From positions 65,873-129,872 of the forward strand of contig CAWFGW010000001.1 in the NCBI GenBank assembly GCA_963815495.1: 64,000 nt of DNA. Direction: 5' to 3'. Position numbers and translations under genes: made by a program. Of this stretch, positions 54,834-64,000 are shown in pieces. This DNA is from an uncultured Cytophagales bacterium (GTDB lineage: Bacteria > Bacteroidota > Bacteroidia > Cytophagales > JAAEPT01). Below the pieces are notes generated by a model. It searched no databases. It saw only the letters and a program-made list of their open reading frames with translations, and was not told the DNA's origin. Each line of letters starts with the position of its first letter. Position 1 is the stretch's first letter.

Positions 54834-56678
54834 ATGAGAAAATTACTAGTAGGGTTATGTTTCTTATTGACGTTTTCACTTTTTGCTTCTGAAAATGTTC
54901 CTGCTTATACTGTTTTGACTGATGAAGTTCAAGATGTATTTATTTATAAAAAAAGAATCGCAGTATTTCGAGATTCCCTTGAGAATTTGGCTTTTGATCA
55001 AATTTATAAAAGAAAAGAAAACCTGTTTACCTTGAGTAAACAACGGAATTTGATTAACAAGGATAAAGAAAGTACTTATTGGCTATATTTTGTGGTTGTA
55101 AATCACTCTAAAAATTCCAACTTTAGGTTGGAATTGTATGATTTTGACATAGATGAAATCACCTTTTTTTCTCCTCAAACCGATGGTACTGTTAAAGTTG
55201 AACATGCTGGTTTTTCACTTCCGTTTTATACTAGAACTACCTATCATAAAAACCCCGGGTTTGATCTACAATTGGATTCGCAAGAAAAAAGAGAGGTGTT
55301 TCTTAAAATTAAATCTAAGCAAACCAATATTTTAAAACCTGTTGTAAGGCATTACCAAAGTTTTATTACTTATGGGTTGAAAGAATATTTAATTCTAGGT
55401 GTTTTTTATGGTTTAGTTTTACTCATTTTAATTTATAATCTCATCTATTTTTTGATTTTAAGAGCTTTGCATTATCTCTATTATGTGTTATATGGTGGAT
55501 GTTTGTTAATCTACTTGTTGACCCAAAATGGTATGGGGTTTCAGTTTCTATGGCCATCATATCCAGCACTCAACCCCTATATCGATTGTATAAGTTTATC
55601 TTTTAGTGTTGTGTTTTTACTGCTTTTTTGTAATAGTTATTTAAAATTAAAAGTATTTCACCCTCAATCTTATCGATTAGTATGGATTGCTATTTTGTTA
55701 AAAGTAGTATTGTTATTTACACAGTTGATTTATAATGCTGATTTGGTTTATAACATGATCGATTTTTTATTTTTTCAACTTTGTTTTGCTTTTGGCATAA
55801 TGGCTTATAGAGGGAAATACGAAAAAATCAAGTGGTTTTTAATGGCTTTCATCGTGTTTAATTCTTCCGTTTTTATATCAATGGGTGAAAGTTATGGGGT
55901 AATCTCTTCTAACATCTTATCAGTTTATTCACTTAATATCGGATTACTTTTACAATTTGTTTTTTTCTCAATAGGGATAGCAGAATCGATAAGAGATAGT
56001 GATCGTGAAAAGCAAAAAGTACTAATCGAACTGTTGCAAATGAGGGAAAAGAATGAGGCTTTACGACTTACGGAGTTGAAAAGGCAGATGAATCCACATT
56101 TCATTTTTAATGCATTGAATTCTATTCAGAGTAAAATACTGACGGATAAAAAAAATGAAGCATCTAAGTTTTTGATTTTATTTTCCAAACTCATTCGCAA
56201 GAACCTAGAAATTTCGGATGTTGAATTTATTACTCTTGACGAAGAGTTAAGTAATATTGAAGTGTATCTGGAAATTGAAAATATGCGATTAGGCGATTCG
56301 TTTAGCTATCATTTCGTTATAGATGACAATGTAGCTATTGACACAATTAAAATACCTACTTTTTTGATTCAGCCTTTAGTTGAGAACGCAATTTGGCATG
56401 GTCTAATGCCTTTAGAAACTGATAAAAAATTGTCAATAGAGATAAAGAAAGAAGGTGCTTTTTTGAAAATTCGAATTATTGATAATGGTATTGGTATACA
56501 AAAGTCTCAAGCAATGAAAAGAGATAAATCATATCATACCTCTAAGGGATTAGGTTTAATTGTAGAGCGACTAGAATTAATCAGTAAAAAATTAAATAAA
56601 AAAAATTCACTTCAGTTTTTAGATAATGATTTAGATAAAAACTGTGGCACACAAGCACTTTTGACCCTTGAAATATGA
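54834..56678 (+). CDS. 7TMR-DISM-type sensor fused to a LytS/YehU-type histidine kinase
   Basis: 614 aa. Periplasmic N-domain, seven hydrophobic helices, then NPHFIFNALNSI and an HATPase region. Confidence 0.8.
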   Translation: MRKLLVGLCFLLTFSLFASENVPAYTVLTDEVQDVFIYKKRIAVFRDSLENLAFDQIYKRKENLFTLSKQRNLINKDKESTYWLYFVVVNHSKNSNFRLELYDFDIDEITFFSPQTDGTVKVEHAGFSLPFYTRTTYHKNPGFDLQLDSQEKREVFLKIKSKQTNILKPVVRHYQSFITYGLKEYLILGVFYGLVLLILIYNLIYFLILRALHYLYYVLYGGCLLIYLLTQNGMGFQFLWPSYPALNPYIDCISLSFSVVFLLLFCNSYLKLKVFHPQSYRLVWIAILLKVVLLFTQLIYNADLVYNMIDFLFFQLCFAFGIMAYRGKYEKIKWFLMAFIVFNSSVFISMGESYGVISSNILSVYSLNIGLLLQFVFFSIGIAESIRDSDREKQKVLIELLQMREKNEALRLTELKRQMNPHFIFNALNSIQSKILTDKKNEASKFLILFSKLIRKNLEISDVEFITLDEELSNIEVYLEIENMRLGDSFSYHFVIDDNVAIDTIKIPTFLIQPLVENAIWHGLMPLETDKKLSIEIKKEGAFLKIRIIDNGIGIQKSQAMKRDKSYHTSKGLGLIVERLELISKKLNKKNSLQFLDNDLDKNCGTQALLTLEI

Positions 56679-57421
56679 ATAAGATTTTTACGGCTATTAT
56701 AATAGATGACGAAAAGGATGGAAGAGTAGTACTTCAATCACTGATACAAGAGCATTGTCCCGAGGTTGAAATAATAAAGTTATGTAACTCAGCACAGGAA
56801 GGGGTAGAGGCAATACATCAATTGACACCTGATATTGTGTTTTTGGACATCAGTATGCCTCACATGAGTGGATTTTCGGTGTTAGATAAAGTGAAGGAGG
56901 TTAAGTTTAACCTTATTTTTGTTACAGCATATGATGATTATGCATTAAAAGCAATAAAACATGCGGCTATAGATTATTTGTTAAAACCAGTCGATTACAA
57001 TGAGCTGATAGTTGCAGTCAACCGATGTATTGAAATAGATAATGCTTTAAATAGTGAAAAAATCACACACTTTATTGATTCATTGGCATCAGACCAGATA
57101 GAAAAGGTGATTTTACCCGTGAGGGAAGGTTATCTTTTTGTAAACGTTAAAGAAATTATACGGTGTGAGGCAAACAGTAACTACACAGTGCTGTATTTAT
57201 TAGATGGTGAGAAACATATGATATCTAAAACATTGAAAGATTTTGAATCCCAGCTCTCGAATAAATCTTTTTTTAGAATTCATAAGTCTCATTTGATTAA
57301 CCTATCCTACTTAAAAAAATATACGAAAGGTGATGGTGGTACAGTAACAATGGTTGATGATGCCGAACTTGATGTCTCGCGAAGGAATAAAGAAGAGTTT
57401 TTAAAAATGTTGAGCTTATAG
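56675..57421 (+). CDS. LytTR-family response regulator
   Basis: 248 aa. Receiver domain (DD...D...K) plus a C-terminal LytTR domain (FFRIHKSHLIN). The start overlaps the kinase stop (ATGA). Confidence 0.88.
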   Translation: MNKIFTAIIIDDEKDGRVVLQSLIQEHCPEVEIIKLCNSAQEGVEAIHQLTPDIVFLDISMPHMSGFSVLDKVKEVKFNLIFVTAYDDYALKAIKHAAIDYLLKPVDYNELIVAVNRCIEIDNALNSEKITHFIDSLASDQIEKVILPVREGYLFVNVKEIIRCEANSNYTVLYLLDGEKHMISKTLKDFESQLSNKSFFRIHKSHLINLSYLKKYTKGDGGTVTMVDDAELDVSRRNKEEFLKMLSL

Positions 57422-57566
57422 TTCTCCTATCACTAATTAACTTCTACCGCTTACATTTCATTTCTTGCCGAAGAATCATTAGTAGTTTTTGGGTCTCTTT
57501 AAAAATTATTTTTGAAGCTGGGAACTCGATTTTAGCTTTCCCTTTTTTAAACTAAACCAAAATAAA

Positions 57567-60500
57567 ATGAAAAAGAGACTATTACTTTTTGGAGCCGCAT
57601 TATTTATGCTCTTCAATGGTGCCATAGCACAATCAACTATTATTAAAGGACTCACCGTTATAGTGGAGTTTGCCGATAAACCTTTTGTTGAATCAGAAGA
57701 CTCCGTTGCTTTGATGATGAACCAAACTGATTTTTCTGGATGGGGAAATGAAGGGTCAGTTAAAGACTTCTTTTTTACGCAATCAAACGGTACAGTATTG
57801 ATTACAAGTGAAGTAATACGAGTTGCTTTGCCCTACAATAGAAATGCTTATTATGGCGATAATGCGACTCGGAAAGATATCTCAGATGTAGTAGATGCTA
57901 TAAATGCTAAATACCCAACAGGGTTTAATAACCTTAGCCTTAAAGATGATAATTCACTTGTACACTTTCATTTATTAACGAAAGGTGGAGGTGGAGCATG
58001 GGCTTTTGGTCCACAGCCTGGGAGTAATACCATCAAAAACAATGGACAAAATGTGTTGGTTAAAACAGGTAATATCACCAACTATGACGCGAACGAACAA
58101 CCACAACATAATACCATATGTCATGAAATGGGGCATAATGTGATGGGGTGGCCCGATCACTATAATACCGCCTGGAGTAACTTGGGAAATTATGCAGTGA
58201 TGGCTAGTGCTGGAAATAGAAAACAACCACAAATGATTAACCCAGCTTTACGATTACAAAAAGGTTGGCTTAAGTCCATTAATATTCGTGATGAACAAAA
58301 TTCTTATACAATAAAAGTTGGTTCAAATAACTATGATACCGTATTTAAATACACTAATCCATTAAATTCAAAAGAATATTTATTGCTTTATCCGACTACC
58401 TATGGTAAATATTTTCAAAAATATCTTAGTACAACAGCGGTAGCAGATCAAGGCTTGGCAATCTATTATGTAGATGAAGAAGGTGGTATGGATAAATCAG
58501 GAGTAAATACTGATTACAAAATTAAATTAATCACAGCAGACAACGTAGATGAATTACATAATGAAGATTTGAGGTTTGCATCAAATAACAATGATATTCG
58601 AGGAGATTTTAATGATTTATATGACAATGTGAAGAATAGTTTTCCTGCAGGTACACCTTTCAGGTGGAAAGACGGTGGCGAGTTTGGGTTATATTTAAGT
58701 AATATCTCAGCACCCGGTGCTACTATGCGATTTACAGTAGATTCTCGTGGTGGTAATAGACATTTGGTAACTTCGGACAAAAATGGAGACGTTTTTCCAA
58801 AAGGCGTAGTGAGAGAACTTACTCCAGTAACGTATAGAATTAGACCAAATCCTGGTTATGAAATTAATACGGTAAAAGTAAATGGTGTGGTAACCACAGT
58901 AACTGGTAATACCTTCACTGTAGGAACAGGTATAAAACGCGTTGAAGTAAGCTACAAAAGAACGGCTGATCAAACACCTTTGCCTGCCCCATGGAAATCA
59001 GTACACATTGGTTCACAAACTCCAGCAGGTTTTACTGCATTTGATTCGGATTCAAGCAGATTTTTGCTAGAATCTAACTCTGGAGACATTTGGGGTTCTA
59101 ACGATAATTTTAGTTTTATCTATCAAAAAGTAGCTGGAGATGTTACTGTAATCGCAAGAATAACTTCTATGAGCCGAATTAACAATTGGAGTAAAGCTGG
59201 AGTTATGATTCGCGAAAGCTTGAGTTCGAATGCTGCCTATTCCATGTTGATGAAAACGCCAAGCAATCACTCAAGAGTACAACAAAGATCTGCTACTGGT
59301 GCAAATGCTACAGATAACCCAAATGGCATAGAAAACCTTCATTATTATAATTTATATCGATGGTTTAAGGTAGAAAGAAAAGGAAATGTCATTACTAGTT
59401 ATGTGTCTCGAAATAAAACGAGCTGGACAAAACTGGGCGAGCAAACTATAGAAATGGGTAATGAAGTGTATATAGGGTTGGCTGTAAGTGGACAAAATGA
59501 AAGTGAAGCAACCATTGCTCAATTTGAAAATGTATCGGTAGTTAATCCAAATAAACAACCAACAGTGAGCTTTACCACACCAGTTGAAGGTAGCCATTTT
59601 TATCCTACTCCAGATTCTTTAACTGTAAAAGTAGATGCCTTTGATACAGATGGTTACATCACTAAAGTTGAGTTTCGTGATAATCTTCATGGCTTGGTTG
59701 GTGTGGATTCTGTAGCACCATATAGTATGAATTTTGGTTTTGCTGAAGCGGGATTCTATTATATCTCAGCTACAGTAATAGATAATAGAGGAGATTATGG
59801 GTTTGCACTAACAAGTGTGACAATAGATGAGTGGCCTGTTAATGAAAAACCAGTAATTGCTATTACCTCATCTGCTGAGAATCAGACTTCCGTAGCTCCA
59901 GCAACTATTATCATTGACGCTGCGGCATATGATTCTGACGGCACAGTTGCCAAAGTTGATTTCTTTATGGGTAGTACATTGTTAGGTACGGATCACTCAG
60001 CTCCATATAATTTTGTGTGGAACAATGTGAGTGCAGGTACCTATAATATTGTAGGAAAAGTGACAGATAATCAAGGAGAATATAGCTATGATGTCATCTA
60101 TGGTATAGTAGTTACAAACTCTGCAGCTAATATCATTGGTTCAGTATGTGGATCCAATAACGCGACTTTAACCTATGAAGTGTCGCCATCTAAAAAGACA
60201 AATGCAACTGGCTTTAACTGGTGGTATACAGGTTCTTCCAATGGCATTATACCAGTAAGTGGTAATGCTTCAAAGGTTAACTTATATACAGGTAGTAATT
60301 TTAGCTCTGGACAGGTTTGTGTAGGAATAAATTACAATGGAGCTCCTTGGTATGCTAATTATTGTGTGAATGTCGACAAATGTTCATCTGCCCGAGTAGG
60401 TGAGTTTGAAGCAGATGTAAGTAAAACAATTAGCTATCCTAATCCATTTACTTCAGAAACAGTGATTCAGATTCCTGTAAAGACAGCTGCTGCTGAGGTT

Positions 60501-60647
60501 CAGGTGTATGATGCAAATGGCATCTTAATGTTATCTGGAAAGTCAACTGGAGAGTTTAGATTTGGAAATGAATTTGAATCAGGTATTTACTTAGTGAAAA
60601 TTAGTTATAATGGAAAATCAGAAACGATAAAAGTCATGAAACAATAA
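57567..60647 (+). CDS. M6 (immune inhibitor A)-like zinc metalloprotease with lectin-like and Ig-like modules and a T9SS sorting domain
   Basis: 1026 aa. HEMGHNVMGWPDHY matches the M6 HExGHxxGxPDxY pattern. A concanavalin-like module, two Ig-like repeats, and a C-terminal YPNPFTSETVIQ...IKVMKQ. Confidence 0.75.
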   Translation: MKKRLLLFGAALFMLFNGAIAQSTIIKGLTVIVEFADKPFVESEDSVALMMNQTDFSGWGNEGSVKDFFFTQSNGTVLITSEVIRVALPYNRNAYYGDNATRKDISDVVDAINAKYPTGFNNLSLKDDNSLVHFHLLTKGGGGAWAFGPQPGSNTIKNNGQNVLVKTGNITNYDANEQPQHNTICHEMGHNVMGWPDHYNTAWSNLGNYAVMASAGNRKQPQMINPALRLQKGWLKSINIRDEQNSYTIKVGSNNYDTVFKYTNPLNSKEYLLLYPTTYGKYFQKYLSTTAVADQGLAIYYVDEEGGMDKSGVNTDYKIKLITADNVDELHNEDLRFASNNNDIRGDFNDLYDNVKNSFPAGTPFRWKDGGEFGLYLSNISAPGATMRFTVDSRGGNRHLVTSDKNGDVFPKGVVRELTPVTYRIRPNPGYEINTVKVNGVVTTVTGNTFTVGTGIKRVEVSYKRTADQTPLPAPWKSVHIGSQTPAGFTAFDSDSSRFLLESNSGDIWGSNDNFSFIYQKVAGDVTVIARITSMSRINNWSKAGVMIRESLSSNAAYSMLMKTPSNHSRVQQRSATGANATDNPNGIENLHYYNLYRWFKVERKGNVITSYVSRNKTSWTKLGEQTIEMGNEVYIGLAVSGQNESEATIAQFENVSVVNPNKQPTVSFTTPVEGSHFYPTPDSLTVKVDAFDTDGYITKVEFRDNLHGLVGVDSVAPYSMNFGFAEAGFYYISATVIDNRGDYGFALTSVTIDEWPVNEKPVIAITSSAENQTSVAPATIIIDAAAYDSDGTVAKVDFFMGSTLLGTDHSAPYNFVWNNVSAGTYNIVGKVTDNQGEYSYDVIYGIVVTNSAANIIGSVCGSNNATLTYEVSPSKKTNATGFNWWYTGSSNGIIPVSGNASKVNLYTGSNFSSGQVCVGINYNGAPWYANYCVNVDKCSSARVGEFEADVSKTISYPNPFTSETVIQIPVKTAAAEVQVYDANGILMLSGKSTGEFRFGNEFESGIYLVKISYNGKSETIKVMKQ

Positions 60648-60666
60648 CTTCAAAGAAGTTAAGTTA

Positions 60667-60710
60667 AAGAAAGCCACATCGAGAATTCTCGATGTGGCTT
60701 TCTTATTTTA
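60667..60710 (+). terminator. strong intrinsic terminator after the metalloprotease gene
   Basis: About 17-19 bp perfect stem aaagaaagccacatcgag-aatt-ctcgatgtggctttcttt, followed by atttta. Confidence 0.8.
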
Positions 60711-60760
60711 AGGCGTGAAATTTTATAATTAGAAATTGTTGTAAAACATAGAAGAAAACA

Positions 60761-60790
60761 AAACCACTTCTGAGTAATCGGAAGTGGTTT
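60761..60790. other. second stand-alone hairpin (aaaccacttc / gaagtggttt), with a T-run on the minus strand
   Basis: 10-bp stem and 10-nt loop. The minus strand continues ttttgttttcttc. No credible ORF ends here. Confidence 0.4.
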
Positions 60791-61076
60791 ATAGCTGATT
60801 GAAAGTACAGTTTCGATTTTTAATCGAAGAAATTGGTTTAAAGGCATTCTGTGAAAATGGGACTTAAACTATTTTGTTACCTGAACTTAAAAAAAGTATA
60901 CGCTATTATTGCCAGAGAGTTGTATGGTGTAGTTTTTTTTATCCATTTTTCATGTTTTCCTTCATTATGATTTTTTTATACAATTAATAATTCAGTGAAA
61001 AATTTGAAATTAATTCATAAGATATCTGAATATAAATGGTAACTTTTTTCTTAGGGATGAAAGTGGCTATAATAAA

Positions 61077-62060
61077 GTGAAACATAAAGATTCAAATCAG
61101 ATTAAAGACAATGCTACCAAACCACATTTAAAAAAATGGTGGATAGCCAGTGCTTTCTTATTCGGGGCGATAGGCATCGTTTTCTTAATGAAATACGAAG
61201 CCAAAGAAGAGGTGCTTCCGCCAAAAAAAATAAAAAAAGAAGAAATTTTTGTCTCTCAAGAAGTACGGGAGGGTGACAGAATTTTAGATACCATTCAGGA
61301 TCTCATCATCTCGAGAGAAAAAGGGACACTAGAGGAAAAGGTGGAAACAAGAACATTCACGAAAGAAATAAAAGCCCCCGGCTCACCAAAAAATGAGTTG
61401 GAAAATAAGTTGACATCAAAAAAAGAAGAGAATTCAAAGCCCTTAAAAGAGAAGTCGACTACAACTATAAAGCATGAGGTTGTTGTAAAAAAAGACTCCC
61501 CAACAAACATAAAAAATCCAGAAAAACTTGATGTTGGTGATTCTTGCATAACAACGGTTATAAAAGCGAAGCCAACGATTTCACCTGCTTGTGAAGGGGA
61601 ACGGAATGGTGGCTTTTACTTAGAAATTGAAGCTATTTCTGGTGGTATATCACCCTACCACTATTCTTTTGATGGAGCTAAAGTAAGATTTGTAACACAA
61701 AATGGAATAAAATACGACAACCTTGCAGCGGGTAATTATACACTTGTTTTAACTGATGCAGATAGTTGTGTGGATTCGGTTCTGATTGTAGTTAATGAAA
61801 AAGTGTGCATGGAAGAACGACAGTTTTCTTTTAACCCCACTAAACAATCGCTTCGAATTACGTTACAACACTCGGGTGATGGGGTAGTTGAAATTCGATC
61901 TGAAACAGGTATGCGTGTGTATAAACAAGAAGTTCAAACAGCATTTGAATGGGATGGTCGTGATGACAATGGAAATGAGGTCGCTTCAGGAATTTATCAT
62001 TTTGTAGTTCGATATTCCAATGGAATTCAAGAACATGGTTTTATTACGGTGATTTATTAA
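61077..62060 (+). CDS. hypothetical membrane-anchored protein with a K/E-rich linker, an SprB-like repeat and a FlgD-Ig/T9SS-like C-terminal domain
   Basis: 327 aa with a GTG start. TM segment WWIASAFLFGAIGIVFLM, CEGERNGGFYLE...GNYTLVLTDADSC, and FEWDGRDDNGNEVASGIYHF. Confidence 0.5.
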   Translation: MKHKDSNQIKDNATKPHLKKWWIASAFLFGAIGIVFLMKYEAKEEVLPPKKIKKEEIFVSQEVREGDRILDTIQDLIISREKGTLEEKVETRTFTKEIKAPGSPKNELENKLTSKKEENSKPLKEKSTTTIKHEVVVKKDSPTNIKNPEKLDVGDSCITTVIKAKPTISPACEGERNGGFYLEIEAISGGISPYHYSFDGAKVRFVTQNGIKYDNLAAGNYTLVLTDADSCVDSVLIVVNEKVCMEERQFSFNPTKQSLRITLQHSGDGVVEIRSETGMRVYKQEVQTAFEWDGRDDNGNEVASGIYHFVVRYSNGIQEHGFITVIY

Positions 62061-62203
62061 ATCGATGTGAAAAAACAGATTAGTGACTTAGTGGTGCAAT
62101 ACAAATACATTTAGACAAAAGAGAGAGTTTTTACTTCTATAACTTTTCTCCCTCTGACTTTCTTACCAGTATTGATATCAATGTATCTTACCAGTAAAAG
62201 ATA

Positions 62204-64000
62204 TTATTGAATAATAATTTTCTCTATTCTATTCGGAGTTTTTATAAAATAAATTCCCTCAGGTTGATTCATAATATTTATCTCCAACCCTTCACCTTTG
62301 CTAACAAAGGTGCCATGGATAGAATATACCTCCCATTTAACCGATTGACTTAGCTTAAATTGACCATTGGCACTTGGGTTGGGATATATCGACAGCATTT
62401 GATTGTTAGCATCATTTTCCAGAGCAGTAATAGCTGATACAGTTACAGTAAAGTCATGCGATGATTGACAACCCGATGGCGTGGTGTAGTTGACTTTGTA
62501 AATACCGCTTTCGTTTAAGGAAATATTATTAACTACCAATGATCTGGTTTCATCAGCAATACTATTGGGTCCAGTCCAACTCCATCCTTCAGTAGCTATG
62601 CCAGAAATATTCGATTGAGGTCCAAACCAAACTACATCTCCTTCTTTTACCGCTACTTCACTCACCTCATTCCAACCTTCGCTATTAACATTTACATAAG
62701 GAATTACATCACACGGTGAGTTGATGATAATGTTTCGTGTTGCAACACAACCATTTGGGTCAGTGTATGACACTTTATAAATACCTGCATTTTCAACTTG
62801 AATATTGGTTATCGTATTGTCTCTTTGGTTACTGGTGAAGGTGTTCGGACCTGTCCATAACCAACCAGGTGTGTTTTGTCCTTGTGTAGTGCTTGACTGG
62901 GGGCCCAACCTCACTGTGCCGCCTACATTTACCTCAATGGAATCAGTTTGATTCCATCCACCATTATTTATATTTACATAAGAAATAAGAGAGCAGGTTG
63001 GTTTTTTTGTGAAAGTAATTTTGTCAAGGTTAAATCCTGCTTTTGTAATGTTAATTCTAAGAATATGTTCTCCTTTAATTAAGGATATTTCTTTTGTAAA
63101 AGTATTATAAGTGTTCCAGTCGTTACTAATAGGTACAGTACTTTCTGCCAAAATGGTTGTTCCATTTAATTCTAGAGAAAGACTACCGCCACCATTCAAT
63201 GAGGAGGTTAAAAATTCAGCACGATAAGTAGTAGTTTCGTTAATGGTCACCGTATATTCCAACCACTCGCCCACAGCAGTCCAACCTACTTTGTAACTAC
63301 CAGTAGTGCCCTCAATATCAACCCCATCGGTTCTATAGGCTGCACCATTATTAATGAGGTCGGCATCACTGTAACTCACTCCTTGTCCTCCTTTGTCATA
63401 ATTTTCGGCTTCTAATATGCCTGGTATAGCAATCGGAATACCTGTGTAAGGTGCTTTTACTTCTGGATTAAGTACCCCAAACCGATACGACATCGTTTGT
63501 CCCTCAGCAGAAATTTCGGAGATTTTTAAACCACTATTAGTGTTGTCATACCATTTAGCATTTGGTATAGAAGTGTCGTTAAAAGCGTTTTTGCTATTGG
63601 TATGAAAACAAGCCCCCGATTGTCTTGTCCAGTCGTTGTTGGCGTGCTCCAAATAAACTTCTCGTCTGCTGGCAGTGGAGCCACCATTGTCTTCATGTTG
63701 TACTTGCTGACTTTCATCCCGATCAATATGCCAGATAGTGAGACCATTGTCTGGTATATTAGCGCTACGATTCGTTCTATGCCTCACATCGGTCAAGAAA
63801 AATTCAGCAGGGTTGTTGGGGTTGGTGTATTTATAGACTTTAAAGTCATCATGCTGTTCTGTTACTTCACCATTAAAATTGTTCACTTCAGTTGGGGTTA
63901 ACCAGCCTGCGAGCATTCTAAAATATGGGTTAGGAATAGTCGGGTTTTTTCCACCAGAACTAGCCATCACACAGAATCCACCAATGCCTCCATTTCCGCT
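62204..64000 (-). CDS. M6-like metalloprotease paralog (5'-partial at the window edge) with a CBM6-like module, two Ig-like repeats and a T9SS sorting domain
   Basis: The frame stays open upstream of the listed Met to position 64000 (...SGNGGIGGFCVMASSGGKNPT). FCVMASSGGKNPTIPNPYFRMLAGWL parallels NYAVMASAGNRKQPQMINPALRLQKGWL in 57567..60647. IYPNPSANGQFKL...IEKIIIQ tail. Confidence 0.75.
   Translation of the reverse strand, partial: SGNGGIGGFCVMASSGGKNPTIPNPYFRMLAGWLTPTEVNNFNGEVTEQHDDFKVYKYTNPNNPAEFFLTDVRHRTNRSANIPDNGLTIWHIDRDESQQVQHEDNGGSTASRREVYLEHANNDWTRQSGACFHTNSKNAFNDTSIPNAKWYDNTNSGLKISEISAEGQTMSYRFGVLNPEVKAPYTGIPIAIPGILEAENYDKGGQGVSYSDADLINNGAAYRTDGVDIEGTTGSYKVGWTAVGEWLEYTVTINETTTYRAEFLTSSLNGGGSLSLELNGTTILAESTVPISNDWNTYNTFTKEISLIKGEHILRINITKAGFNLDKITFTKKPTCSLISYVNINNGGWNQTDSIEVNVGGTVRLGPQSSTTQGQNTPGWLWTGPNTFTSNQRDNTITNIQVENAGIYKVSYTDPNGCVATRNIIINSPCDVIPYVNVNSEGWNEVSEVAVKEGDVVWFGPQSNISGIATEGWSWTGPNSIADETRSLVVNNISLNESGIYKVNYTTPSGCQSSHDFTVTVSAITALENDANNQMLSIYPNPSANGQFKLSQSVKWEVYSIHGTFVSKGEGLEINIMNQPEGIYFIKTPNRIEKIIIQ

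Noticed and set aside
60659-60847. A 62-aa minus-strand ORF in the gap after the metalloprotease gene
   Set aside because: It reads straight through two strong hairpins, including the 17-19 bp terminator stem. It has no recognisable features, so it is more likely non-coding.
1-64000. tRNA, rRNA, tmRNA, RNase P, transposase, integrase or prophage content
   Set aside because: I saw no cloverleaf-like GC-rich 70-90 nt segments, no rRNA-like stretches, and no ORFs with transposase or integrase motifs. Intergenic gaps over 150 nt were read individually and are accounted for above.

Overview
The window looks like AT-rich Bacteroidota chromosome, probably Flavobacteriia-like. Supporting signs are several T9SS C-terminal sorting domains, TAnnTTTG -7 boxes, A-rich pre-start regions without Shine-Dalgarno sequences, and a Rho with a long N-terminal insertion. 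Most of it is housekeeping: recR, clpS, recA, lysA, a complete trpEGDCFBA operon, serS, rho, ndk, scpA, dxs and thiG. I saw no rRNA, tRNA, CRISPR array, transposase or integrase. The main finds, none visible in the ORF track, are listed below.
1. A sulfur/persulfide-handling cluster (about 15.8-26.3 kb) contains five promoters with identical geometry: a GTGA-N6-TCAC palindrome, exactly 22 nt, then a TAnnTTTG-like -7 box. An in-cluster Cys-rich Crp/Fnr gene has a CRP-type recognition helix.
2. An unlisted 17-codon trp leader ORF carries three consecutive Trp codons and is followed by an intrinsic terminator just before trpE.
3. Every trp intercistronic junction carries repeated non-coding modules. 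These include REP/MITE-like inverted units, 18-mer word modules shared with the lysA 3' spacer, and a 38-40 nt pre-start element shared by trpF and an M23 peptidase gene.
4. A perfect 17-bp palindrome lies upstream of recA.
5. A +1 frameshift splits a GT2 fusion gene.
The right end holds a secreted-hydrolase locus: a GH5 cellulase, two M6-like metalloprotease paralogs and a 7TMR-DISM/LytTR two-component pair. All calls come from reading the sequence and from remembered family motifs. No searches, RNA folding or statistics were run.
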